This document shows positions 1 through 12,189 of a DNA stretch of 64,000 nucleotides, piece by piece. A model generated the notes under the pieces. It made no database searches. It saw only the letters and a list, made by a program, of their open reading frames with translations, and was not told the DNA's origin. The position numbers and the translations under genes were made by a program. The stretch is taken from the NCBI RefSeq assembly GCF_036971445.1, contig NC_091478.1:10354001-10418000 (forward strand), given 5' to 3'. Source of the DNA: Narcine bancroftii (Eukaryota). The number at the start of each line of letters is the position of its first letter. The first letter of the stretch is position 1.

Positions 1-159
1 CTATTTCTCCTTTTTCATACATGTATGATGATGCTATTGCAATAGCAGAGCCATCAATGCTGAAAGCAAGTGATGCAATGCTGGTTGGGTAGCGGTGGAA
101 CTGACACAATCTTTTCTTATTGAAAGGATCCCAGATATTCACAAATCCATCAGAGCCAC
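1..159 (-). CDS. BUB3: BUB3 coding exon 7 (partial, runs off the window)
   Basis: AG acceptor at 161-160. Reads (G)[52 protein letters not shown], the C-terminal WD40 of BUB3. Phase matches exon 6. Confidence 0.96.
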
Positions 160-269
160 CTAAGTTTTAAAAAAAAAATGCTAGTAAAAGGTCGTCAAAA
201 TACACATACCATATGCAGGCTCAAGAGAGGGCAGGTGGGCAGCTTTTGTTTGGATCTATAACACTTAAC

Positions 270-360
270 CAATGCTCAAAACGTACCTGGGGTTATAGGT
301 TAATTGGGTAGCACATACTCATGGGCTGAAATGGCCTGTTACCGTGGTATGTGTCTACAT
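270..360 (+). mobile_element. HE1-like SINE / CR1 3' tail fragment
   Basis: ggttaattggg...catgggctgaaatggcctgttaccgtg, a CR1-derived tail. Confidence 0.45.
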
Positions 361-1011
361 TTTTAAAAATTAAACCCGTTCAAATTTATTGCTTAATATG
401 CTGTTCAATTACCTCAAAACTACCAGCAATCACATACCCATTTATCAAGAAAATTTGAGTTTCAGAAACCCCCCCCACTCAAAATTTATTCACAACTGTT
501 CTGTTAAAGTGACCGCCTTCTTTGCTTGCTCAGATAAAAGTTCTAGAAATGTAACATTTCTAAACTTAAATACCACATTTATAGCATGCTCTGTTCACAT
601 TTAACTTTTGAGATTAAAATGCTTCAAAATTTTTTTTTAAGCAAATTTCACATCGAGGATATTGTACTTCATAATTGAGATTTCACAGTGGAAATAATTT
701 TTTTTAAAACATCAAGCGTTAAACTCTCCATCACTAGAAGCACAGCAGACATGTGGTGGAAAGTAACACTTGAAACTAGTTTTCAGTTAAACCAATTCTG
801 CCACAAGTTATTAAAAAAACTAGTTATTGAGTCTAAAGAAAATAAGAATTAAAGTCTGCATTTATAATGCTCTTGCATTGAGATTGCACTGATATAAAAA
901 TAAAATGCTTACTTTTTTAACTGGGCACAATCCATCCAGGTCAAGACCAAAATAAGAGTACACATTTTAGCAAAGTTCACTAATACAGAACCTTTTCAAG
1001 TTGCATCTCAC

Positions 1012-1189
1012 CTGTAGCGAATGTATTATGAACGCTGTGGAATGAAATGGCATTGACGGGATAGATTTGTTCAAGGTTGTTCTCTTTCAATCGATGACAT
1101 TTAAAAGCATATTTTTTCTTCTGAACTTCTGGGTTAGGATCAAGGTACTCCACTGCAACACGTCCTTCAATTGAACTCAGCACATAGCC
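1012..1189 (-). CDS. BUB3: BUB3 coding exon 6 (178 bp)
   Basis: AG at 1191-1190, GT at 1011-1010. Reads GYVLSSIEGRVAVEYLDPNPEVQKKKYAFKCHRLKENNLEQIYPVNAISFHSVHNTFAT(G). Confidence 0.97.
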
Positions 1190-1840
1190 CTAAAAAGGAG
1201 AAAATAATATTTTTTAAAATTTATAAATTACACAAAAATAGCTTTAAAATCTTACTAATCAAAAGCCGTTAATCCTCCCAATGTCCTTATGATTTAAAAA
1301 TACATAAGAATCTATTCATAATGTATATCATCCAATGCTGTACATAGCCAAATATAAATAGAGAAATATTAAAAGTACAGGGAACAGACTACTTGTAAAT
1401 GTGAATGAGGAGTAGAACTGCTTTATTTTGATCTTGATATTAAGTTTACTACATGCCCACAGATCTGATAAGGGCCTTACTCAAAATATTGGATGCCTCA
1501 TACCACATTTAAATAGAGATAAAATGAGAGTTTATTACCAATTACACAAGTACATACATTACAGATACACCAAAATTCTCACTTGCTGCAGCCAAAAACT
1601 ACAATATGCCAAGGCAGAATAAGAAAAATGTGTAATTTAATAAGATCATGACTGATCTAGTCATGGACTAAGCTCTAGCTTCCTGCCTTTTCCTCTACTT
1701 TGAATACATTGAAAACACATTTTTTACATATTATGTATTTGTGTAACCTCCACCATTTCCTTGGACAGAGAATTCTATAAATTTGGTACTCTGGGGAAAA
1801 GCAGTTTCTCATCCCCATCCAAAACTTACTTTTTCAAATC

Positions 1841-3030
1841 TACATTGGAGATACTGAGCGCAGACTGGGAATCACTTCGCTGAGCACCTTTGCTCCATCC
1901 ACACCAGAGAAAGGAACCTCCCAGTGGTTAACCATTTCAGTTCGGTATCCCACTCCCATACTCACACATCTATCTATAGCCTCATGTATTATCCCACCAA
2001 GACCACCCATAAATTAGAAGAACACCACCTCCAATTTTCCGATTGGGCACTCTCCAGCCAGATGGCATTAACATAGACTTTTCCGGTTTCTGCTAACCTG
2101 CTTTCCTTTCCCCCTCGCTTCCTCCCGTCTTATTTCCCCCCAGCTCTCCACCCCCTTCCTTCTCTATTCACCTAGCCATCCCTCCTCCCCTTGCTTGCTG
2201 CTGTGCTCTCTCTCCCTCCTCCACCTATTACCCCTGCCTTTGCGACCATGACTCCACCTTTAACAAAGGCCGAACAAATCCTCTTGTAGGGTCAATGGCC
2301 ACCTCACAAACACGTGCCATGAAGCGCGGAAAGGGCATCCCTTCAAAGTTTGGTCTGGCCATTCACTCCAGCAAAGCTTCCCCCAGCCATCTTGAACCTC
2401 ACCATGCTGCTGGATCCAGGAGGGGATGTTGAGAGGGTGGATCTGGACCTGTGCAGCCCTTAAATCCATTCACTCACACCGTGTTCCTTTCTGAGAAATG
2501 GGGTCTCCTCATATCAAACCCCACAAACTGAATGAAAGGAACCATAATCATCCTATAGGATGGATAGCAAGAAGAAGAAAAAAAATAACATTTTATACTG
2601 GAATGAATTGCATCCCTGTTCTGCAATTGATTTTCTAAGAAGTAAACTGGGCAAAGTACCTCAGGAAAGTTGTGGGACAAGAGATTTACTTATAAACACA
2701 CAGTGTAATGAAGATGAAAAACAAATCTCAAAGAGTTTGGCTGATTTCATTTGCAGAGCTGATATGCTCAATCTCCTTCCTATCTCCCAGCTTAGTCCTC
2801 CTCTTATCATTTGTCTGCATCTTTCTCTTCCACCCTCTCGCCTGTGCCCACCCAAAATCTCTAGCCTGTGCTCCTTCCCTCTCTCCCCCTTCCCAATCTT
2901 TTTATTTAGGTGTCTACTTGTTTGTTCCTAATGAAGGGCTCAGGCGTAAGATGCCGATTATCATTACTTCCTATAGATACTTCCTATTACTTCCGCCGAG
3001 TTTCTCCAACACATCTGTGTATTCAACATA
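1841..3030 (+). mobile_element. Penelope-like element 3' part (GIY-YIG endonuclease, pyrimidine tract, hammerhead-like end), interrupted
   Basis: Frameshifted YIGDTERRLG.HFAEHL...VVNHF...LEEHHL.FRLGTLQPDGINIDFSGFC* (1841-2096). C/T-rich tract follows, then other sequence at ~2260-2760, then ctaatgaagggctcagg at 2928 and the conserved tail. Confidence 0.7.
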
Positions 3031-3086
3031 ACAAGGGAAGCTGGAAAAGTGTGGGTATTCAGAGGTTATACAAACTGCTGGATATA

Positions 3087-3287
3087 CAGGTAGTTTCCAA
3101 CTTACAACTTATGCGACTTAAGGCCATCTATACATACCACCAAAAAAAACAAAAATACAGCAACCTTACACTACAGCACATGCCCAACTGCAGGAGACCA
3201 GAGGTTAACATACATCCGAATTGCATCCATTTCTAGATCCGACTGGTCCGTCAAAATGGAACACAGATGTATGTCAAGGACTACCTG
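3087..3287. mobile_element. Tc1/mariner (Tigger-like) MITE
   Basis: TA-CAGGTAGT...ACTACCTG-TA: imperfect ~20 bp TIRs with TA duplication. Confidence 0.65.
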
Positions 3288-3434
3288 TACTGATCTTAAA
3301 TGGTCAGAAGGTTTTTCATCCTTTTCCTAAGATTTCAGATGTTGAATATTCAGTGTACATTCAACTAAAATAATGACAAAACAATTAAATTCAATAATTG
3401 AGTACCAATAGCACTGTTAAGCATGTAATATTAC

Positions 3435-3593
3435 CTGTTTATTTGGAAATGCCCTAATGCAACGGGTCTGATACTTCAGACTGGATTCTCTCCTTTGCTG
3501 TACGTAACCCATGTTCCTCAAGTCCCACACCAGTACACGACGGCTAGCTGTTCCAACAATAAGACGATCTCCAGACACAGAAAGCGTGTACAC
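3435..3593 (-). CDS. BUB3: BUB3 coding exon 5 (159 bp)
   Basis: AG at 3595-3594, GT at 3434-3433. Reads [53 protein letters not shown]. Not in the ORF track in this frame. Confidence 0.97.
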
Positions 3594-5819
3594 CTAAAAG
3601 TGAAAGGAAAGGGACAAAAGACAAGAGCTGAACTATCTTCCCTTACAATCATGTGCAACAAGAATGAGAATGTTTTCACTCTTTTTGCTGGGTAAAATAC
3701 AAGCCCAGAAAGATAGGACAATTGAGCAAGCTTTTGACTTAAACTTGGTGGCAGCCATCTTTAGTTGATTAGCTTTTACCAAGACTTCAAATGAGACTCA
3801 TCACATGAAGTAAACCATCTTTATTAATTTAAACTCTAAAAATGCTGTACTCCATTCAAATGTCTCAAGCCCCACATCTGTACAAATTATGTACAGGCAA
3901 GAAACTGCATATAACCCATATTTAAAGTAACATTTGATTATTCAGCAAACAAAATTAGAAGTTTCCTTCTATGCAGTCATAGTTCATTCATAAAGTTTTT
4001 AATTTAAAACAATGGTTAAATATTAATGTTTAAAATTTTTGACGTTAATGAATTCACCTTGCTCGCAAAATTTTCAGAAATAAATTGAAATACATGTCTT
4101 TAATAGATTCACATTCCACTATTTACTGCCATATCTGACAATATTTGAGTAAAAATTCCATTCCTTGTTTCATTTTATACCCTCAAGTGAGAGCATCATT
4201 GCAAAGCACTGCTTTAATGATAAAAGTTTACCATGTAATTTCCTGGAGATTAATTTTGCAGAACAATTTTTTTTCTTCAATGATGCTTTTAATTCTGCAT
4301 TCCTCCCAGGAGATTGCATAGTTGATTGGCAGTCGCATTCTGGAGATTATGAGGAGCAACATGCTTGTCAACTCAAGATAATCTCCTCCTGACTACCAAT
4401 GTTACACATTTGTAGGAAGGTATGAGACAGGATCCTGAAGTCAGAGAGAAGTCTGCCTAGACCACAAAGGTAGTACAGGGGCAGCTACAGCACTTTCTAA
4501 GCCTAGAATTTTAAACATCCACCCCTTGATCTTTTTTACCTTTTCCATTCACTCTCCTGATGCCATTAAAACCTTCCCCACATACAAGGGCTGAGAATAT
4601 CAAGCACTCACAGTCAACTAAATGGGTGAGGAAGAGTCCAGGTCAGTAAGGCAATCAAAAGAAAACCATAAGCAAACCATAATCCATTCTAATTGCCTTC
4701 TCGATGCTTTTTCTGACATTTTGTCAGAAATCAATGAACATTCATTGAGCAAATATCTAAAATTATTCAAAATGGTGTTAATGATGCAGAGCTTCAATCT
4801 TCCAAATTATCAACACAATTTGATGTCTTCTGTGAACTATACAAATAATCTCCTTTCATGCCCTCTAAATCATCAAGATTGGAAACCCTAATTATTGACA
4901 TCTATCTTTTCACTTCCTTTATGTTCTATACAAAAACCTCAACTTTTTCAAACAATCCTGAATGTAGCAGTTTATTCATTTTAACCAGTATAGTTCCACT
5001 GTTGAGTGAAGATACTGGGAGGCCCTATTACATCGTTGAAAAGATTAGAAATCTAATAAACAGGATGTACATGAAAATAAGATGTGTGATGATCAAACAA
5101 TGTTTCAAAAAGTCACTCATTACTTTTAAAATAGAGATAAGCAAAACAATACTGCAGAAGCATAGACATTCCCAAACGTGGATGTGCAAGGAATCAAAGC
5201 TTAGTGATAGATAATGAAGAGCAAATATTTTTATTAAAAGTTCAAACTTAGTTTTAACACTCGTAATTACTGCACAGAAAAACTACTGGGGATTGGAGAA
5301 AATGACATTAAAATGACCAGAGCAAAGAAGATTAAAACAGTTGATTTCATGGACCTTGATGAGTCTCAAAAATGTACAACACTTACTTTCAATTAAAGAA
5401 AAACAGAAATGGCAAAGACAACAGCAGGAGAGTAACTTGAATGTTGCCAATAAATATGGAGAAATAGCCTTCATGCTTCCAGATGTTGACAAGTAGAGCA
5501 TAAAAGTTTGGAATGCACATAAAGCAAATTTAAGTTCATCCTTGTGGCTACGGAAGTCATAACAGAAAGTATTTTATTTTTAAATCAAAGTAGAAAAGTT
5601 CAATTAAAAACCACCAACATGCAGAGCATAGAGTGTAAACAACGTCAAGAGACTGGAAACTTTACGAAGGTTGGAAGACAACAGAAAGGACAGAGACATA
5701 GTATCTGCCTGTGGCAACAAGGTCCACAGACCCTCTGGTTGAAGAAATTTCTCCCTGTCTCTGTTTTAAATTGGTTCTTTTACCCTGAAGATGTGCTCAC
5801 AGTTTTGGTCGCCGAACTA

Positions 5820-6250
5820 CAGGAAGGAGAGGGCAGAGGAGGTTGACAAGAACGTTACTGGGGTTTCAGGGTTGGAGTTACAGGGAAAGGTTGAGGAGGC
5901 TGGGACTTTATTCCCTGGAGCGTAGAAGGTTGAGGGATGATGTGATGGAGGTATTCAAAATTATAAGGGGGAAGGAGAGAGTCAATGGGAATGGGCTTTT
6001 TCCACTGAGAGTGGGCAGAGATTCAAAAGGGGAAAGGTTTAGGGGAAACATGAGGGGGAATTTCTTCACGCAGAGGGTGGTGGTGGTGTGGAACAAACTT
6101 CTGGCAGTGGTGGTAAAAGCGAGATTGGTGTTAGCGTTCAAGGAAAGGTTGGATAAGGTGTATGGACAGGAGAGGTGTGGAGGGTTATGGGTGGGAGGAG
6201 ATGTTCAGCATGGTCTAGAAGGGCCAAACTGGCCTGTTTCTGTGCTGTCG
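5820..6250 (+). mobile_element. CR1-type LINE 3' end
   Basis: ORF2 C-terminus SYRERLRRLGLYSLERRRLRDDVMEVFKIIRG...GNFFTQRVVVVWNKL, followed by the gggcc..tggcctgtttctgtgctgt tail. Confidence 0.85.
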
Positions 6251-7813
6251 AGGGTTATATGGTTATGAATCAGAGTATGAAAGGATATCACACATATCCA
6301 ACTCTTGTATCCAAAAAGCACAAATGCCTTTCTTACTGATCTATTTCGATGTAATAGAGTCAGCGTTCCAAATTTAAAACCTGAATAAACATGGCAGCTT
6401 TTATTTTACTATTTTCAAATAGTGACTCATTTACCTGATATTGATGAGCCACAATAACAATTGTACAAAACTAAAGGCAATACAACACTTACGCCAGAAG
6501 GAAACAGAGCAGTATGCTCCACATGCACAAGGAGTGTTAAGGAATAGAGTGAAGGCCGACAAACCAATCTCCATTCTGACCTTTCACGCTCACATGCCCT
6601 GGGAATATAATTTGCCTCAGTTAAGTAGAACTTCAATTTTTTTTTCAGTGAAAATTGTGTGCTTCTTCATTCAATCACTGTGAAGGCCTCAAGATACTTT
6701 TTTTCCCCCCAGTATAACCCCTGACTAAGCTGATCAACATGGCCCAACAAGGACTTGGACAACTCTGATTCCAGAAAGTCATTGACAATCTGTGAAGCCC
6801 CATCCCAAGATTTACTAAGTGTTAAAGCTGTCATCAAGACAATGTTTATGATCACTGGAAATTCAAATATTTAGCACTTGGGGTACTTAAAACAATTGCA
6901 TATAACAAATTAAAATAATCCAAAATTAAATCAGTAAGTTCATGAGATAGCCATTTCTTCCTGTTGATTTCAAGGTGACAGGGCACTTACACTGCTCTAG
7001 TGCAAGATCAGTAAATAAGATGCCCCACTGGAAATCTAAGGAATTCTACTATAGTTTTGTTTGCTGGAAATTTGTTAATGCATAAAATTTTAAAGAACCT
7101 TCACAGCTAAAGCCAATTAATGCACTCTAGTGAAGACACCATGCCATGCCATTCCAGTTGGAAAGCCAACATCTCAATGTATATTCACACATTAGCAGTT
7201 TTTGCTGAATTCAAACTTATAATCTAAACTATTGATATAAATTATATACAATGCATGCGCTTCTTTGAATGACTGGCTGTCGGGTATTTTCCGCATTGCA
7301 AGTTTGATATTCCCAACTCCTATGCATTCATAAATCAAATGAGAGAGCTGATAGGTCATGCAGATTCTGCCAGTCTACTCTGCACACATTCATCAGGAAC
7401 AGTATTACTCAATCAGATAAAAGAAACTGATGCCATAATGAATTCCAGTGAACCAATAAACAGTTTCATCGACAGTGCCTGTCTGTTCCACTCCATTCTG
7501 TCATAGATTCATCACTGGCTCTTGGAACTGAACATGCTATAAATCATATCCTCATTCACCACAACCTATTTTTGCTAAACAAAGATCTCACTTAAAAAAA
7601 ATAGACCAAGGATAATGGAATAGCTTCATAACCAGTTAGTAAATATTGCAGTAAATAGCAATGTAATAACAGAGCTTAGGCTACGAGGTTATTTTTCAAC
7701 ATTGTAACGACAAATTGGAACCTTATTCATATGATTGCTTGGAAAAGATGAAAATTACTTAGACAATGAAAAATATCCCTCCCTTTCTGATAATATTTAA
7801 GGTTCAACTAAGC

Positions 7814-7943
7814 CAATGTTTTTCAAACTTTTTCTTTCCACTTACATACCACCTTAAGTAATCCCTTACTAATCACAGAGCACCAATGGCATATGGATTA
7901 TTTAAACTGGTATTTAAGTGGAAAGAAAATTTTTAAACCACTG
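7814..7943. mobile_element. hAT (Charlie-like) palindromic MITE
   Basis: Long imperfect TIRs (caatgtttttcaaactttttctttccac ... gtggaaagaaaatttttaaaccactg). Degraded 8 bp TSD aactaagc / cactaagg. Confidence 0.7.
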
Positions 7944-8649
7944 CACTAAGGAAATACAAAACTAATTTTCCACATCATACCCGCTTTCAAAAAGAAAACA
8001 ATAAATAAAGAACCAGTAATTTACTCTATTTTCATTGTTGGTCAAATGCATGTAGACTCCACTTGGAGTTGAATCAACTTCCCCCTTCCAAAACAAAGGG
8101 ATTCTTAAAATGTTAGGTCGAATAAAATTCCTCAGTGCTAAGGAACACACAAACCATCTCATCTTTTTTCCTTTAGGATGATGACTGTTACTGCAGCTGC
8201 ACCGTTTTCTGGACATGTTCAAATTCCTAATACTTTAACCCCCACGAGCAGTGAGAATGAACAACCAAAGGAACTGCTCATACTAACCATCCAAGACTCT
8301 CATTTCTATATACAAATACTTGACCTGCATATATATGGTTTGTACGTGTTCTATGTCTGGCTGTGTCTGCCTGTTTTGCCCTGAGGACGGAAGAACACAG
8401 TTTTGTTGGGTTGTATTTGTCCTATCGGATGACAATAAACTTGACTTAACTTGAAAATTATTCTACAATAGGAAACAAGCCTTTACATTTATTTGTTTTT
8501 TTTAATACATGAAATCGGAAACATAATCCTATTATACTCATTACTTTATGCAAAGATATGATGAACTTTCAATGTACCAAAGCAATTGTACTTTCATAGC
8601 AAAATCTACACAAATGCAGAGGAAGATCAATCAGTCCATGTAGAGAAAC

Positions 8650-9150
8650 ATGAAAGCTGCAGATGCTGTAATCTCGAGCAACGAATAGCCAGAGGAACTC
8701 AGTGGGTCAGACAGCATCTATGAGTAGAAATGGGCAGTCAACATTTCAAATCTGGGCCCTTTATCAAGACTACAGGGAAGAGGATATTACATAATGGGGG
8801 GGGGCGCTGGGTGTGAAGAAGCTGGGCGAAAGACACAGAGGTAGGGCAGTAGGTGTGAGAGGTAGAGGGGCAGACCGCCAGGAGAGGGATTGAAGTTAGA
8901 AAGAGGGGGAAAATACTGAGTACAGAAGTAGGTTAAGAAGAGATTGAAACAGTGGACTAGGTGGGAGTTATGTTTAATTAGTTTTTAAAAAATCAATATT
9001 CAGGTCATTTGGTTTAAGGCTAAACAGGAGGAATACGAGGTGTTGTTCCTCAATGTTACATTTAGACTCACCCTGATAATGGATATGGTCAAGACAACAT
9101 GTCACTGTAGGAATGGTGGAAGGGTTTTAATAGTTGGCTAAAGAAAGTTC
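8650..9150 (-). mobile_element. Penelope-like element 3' part (minus strand)
   Basis: Minus strand reads EEQHLVFLLFSLKPNDLNIDF (GIY-YIG tail), then a pyrimidine tract, a hammerhead-like motif at 8773-8734 and the conserved tail. Confidence 0.65.
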
Positions 9151-9194
9151 AAGTTTAGGCTCACCAAACGTAGGTTGACGTCACAGATTAAGGG

Positions 9195-9715
9195 GATCAC
9201 TTTGCTGAATACCTACACACTGCCTATGGATATAAACTTGAACTTACTGTAGCCAGCCATTTGAACACCCCCACCTCCTTACAATCACATTTCTTTCCTT
9301 GGCCTCATCCTTGTCAGGTTGAGGCCAAACACAAATGTGATATTCCTCCTGGATAGCTTTATAAATCTAAGGGCATGAAAATTACTTTTTCTAATTTTAG
9401 GTAAACCCCCCCCCCCCCCACCCCACATCAATCGAGATCCGCTGCTTTTATCTCTTTATCTGCTCCTGAACTTAATTATTTTTCTCCATCTTTTCTTCAC
9501 CCAGCAACCCCTCCCCATGGTCTTTCACTTTCCCCACTTCTCCAACTTCTGACTTCTGTCTTTATCACCTCGTAGTCCCTTCTCCAGCTCCTTCCTACTT
9601 TATCACCTTCTTTCTTTAAGTCTTATCAATAAAGGGTCCAGACCGAAACAATAACTGACCATTTCTACTCAGCTGCTGTCTGACTTCCTGAATTCATCCA
9701 GCAATTTTTCATATC
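9195..9715 (+). mobile_element. Penelope-like element 3' part (plus strand), head-to-head with the previous copy
   Basis: cactttgctgaatacct (HFAEYL), gtagccagccattt (VASH), C/T tract, agggtccagaccgaaac at 9633-9649, conserved tail. Confidence 0.6.
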
Positions 9716-10191
9716 GATCATGTTTTGCCATTTCATCACTGTTGATCATTAAGAGTATCCACAATCCCTAATAAATTTGCTAAAGACTGTTTGAAAAATG
9801 TCTTTTCGAGGTAAAAGAAATTTAATTTTTCTTCACCATGCAAAAAGAAACTTTGACATCATTGCTGAATAACCCAGCTCTAATTTCAAAATTATGCCTC
9901 TTTGTTAGACAAATTAAGATGGCTTAATTTGTCAAACAAACGTTTGAAATACTTTTATGAATTTACCTACACTGGGGGAAAATACAGCTTGGGATCAAAA
10001 GATTTATTATGCCTAACAATCCAACCCACTTCTAAAGTCAGGCTTAGATCATTACAGCACAGAAACAGCCCCCTTCAATCATTACATTTTAAATAACTTG
10101 CATTTTTAATATTAAAAATGTTACAATCATACATTTGGTTGTATGGTCTTCAAAAGCCAGGTTTTATGTAAACTATAATGACCCTCCATAC

Positions 10192-10343
10192 CCTTTCTGG
10201 TTGTGCGAAGGTCCCAGCATTGCAAGGTGTTCTAGGATCCCACAGCTTGACTGTTTGATCCCAACTTCCTGTGACCATTACGTTCACTTCTGGACAGTAT
10301 TCAACACAACGAATTGAAGCATCATGGGAACCAACAACTGATT
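10192..10343 (-). CDS. BUB3: BUB3 coding exon 4 (152 bp)
   Basis: AG at 10345-10344, GT at 10191-10190. Reads (E)SVVGSHDASIRCVEYCPEVNVMVTGSWDQTVKLWDPRTPCNAGTFAQPER. Confidence 0.96.
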
Positions 10344-11319
10344 CTATATATAAAAAAAAGAAATTAACTGAACCATGCTTTGCATGAAGTGAAACATTGA
10401 AAGTTTGCAGATGCTGTGATTGAAGTTAAAAACACAAAAAAGCTGGAGGAACTCAGCAGGTCTTGGCTTCCAAAGCCACATGGCCATGAGACCTGCTGAG
10501 TTCCTCCACCATTTTTGAGTTTTTACTATTTGCATCAATGATCCAAGGTTTGCCCCTTGTCATAAACTGAGCATATAGTTGTAAGGAAAGCAAACATTAA
10601 AACTTCACTTCTGTCATGGTTCACATTTTAAAAGGTTCTTGAGATAAAACATAGTGATAAAATATGCAAGGAACATTTAATTTTTCCATTACAGTAATAT
10701 ATCATGGAATCTCAAAGCACAAAACTAGTATAAATAGTCATCCATTAATTTTTAATCCATTCCAATCTGCCAATACCTGGAGTTATTCTTATTCACAATT
10801 TGTTTACCCAGAAAATTCAAAGGCAAATCAAATATTTTTTTTTAAAATAAGCATCAAATATGATTTGCAGGTGAAAGATGAAACTGTTTATGGTTTGGAA
10901 TTTAACTAATCCAAATAATTTTTGAAATATTCCTTGCCTTATGCATGTTAAAGAATAATCTCATAGGAAATGCACTCATTAAATTTACTTTAAAAAAAAC
11001 TATGAGCTTTGTTGAGCTCATACTGATTCAGTGACATCAATGTTAGGTGTTTATAAATTAAACTAGAGAGAGTTCAAAAGAAACTGAGAATCTGTGGCAC
11101 TAATGTTGCTAACTTCACCACCTTAATGGGAGTCAGACTGGAAAATCTGAGGGATTTTATTTGGAGCAAGTTTAAGAGATGGTTTTAAATAGGATAAAGT
11201 GAGAAAACCTATTCATGACATTCAAAATTCCTTTATTGTCATGTAATAATACAGAACATCTAATAATTCTATCACATTATGCATCTCTAAGGAACATGAT
11301 TAACGTAAACATTTCTCAC

Positions 11320-11389
11320 CTTGGTCTGTGTTTAAATCACGCATTTTCAGTGAAAGATCCAAACCTCCACTCCATGCATGAGTTGGGTC
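11320..11389 (-). CDS. BUB3: BUB3 coding exon 3 (70 bp)
   Basis: AG at 11391-11390, GTGAG donor at 11319. Reads DPTHAWSGGLDLSLKMRDLNTDQ plus 1 nt; phase 1 fits exon 4. Confidence 0.95.
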
Positions 11390-12189
11390 CTATTTGCAGG
11401 GAGCAAAAATAATTAATTGTTGCCCAATCACAAACCAAAAACCCTTCGGTATTGCAAATCTGAAATAAAACAATGCTGGGAATTCTTAGCAATTCAGACA
11501 ATATCTGCGACGAGAGGAAGAATCAAAATTTCAGATCAATGATGCTTCAATACGATCAGTAAACAAACATATTTTAGATGAAAATGGAATGGCTGGAGAG
11601 AGAAATACAGAATCTTGTGACAGAATATTTTTGTCTCTTTTGAACTACAAAGGTATTAAAGAGGGTAATTTTTAGTTGCAGATTATATTAATGGCAGATG
11701 GTAACAGAAAATAAAAGAGAAGGTGGAGGTAAGAGATGAGAGAGATAAAGAAATTAAATGTTGCAAATCTTCAAAATGAGATAAAAGAATTGCAGGATCT
11801 TTGGAGAAAGGACAGTTAAGACCTCTCCAAATAGGAAGAAATTATACTACAGTAAATGAAATGGCATTTAAAAAATACTAATGTGCAAGATGTCACCATT
11901 AGATATGTTGGGGCTGCTCAAACCATGAAAATTGAAGAGAAATTGAGGGGGGAACCCCACCCAAAGCATTAAAAAAAAGAATTGCTCCCTCCAGTAACTC
12001 CCTGACCTGCATTCTGCAAGTTCTATTTCTAAATTGGCATACAAGTTAAATTTTAAAAACTGAACACTTTCAATAAGCCACCACCATCCATGTTGTATTT
12101 GTTTTAAAACTTTCCTTACATTTTTTAAAATGCACCTACTTAAATTTAGCTAAAAGATCATAATACAGAATAGTCACTTTTACAGACAA

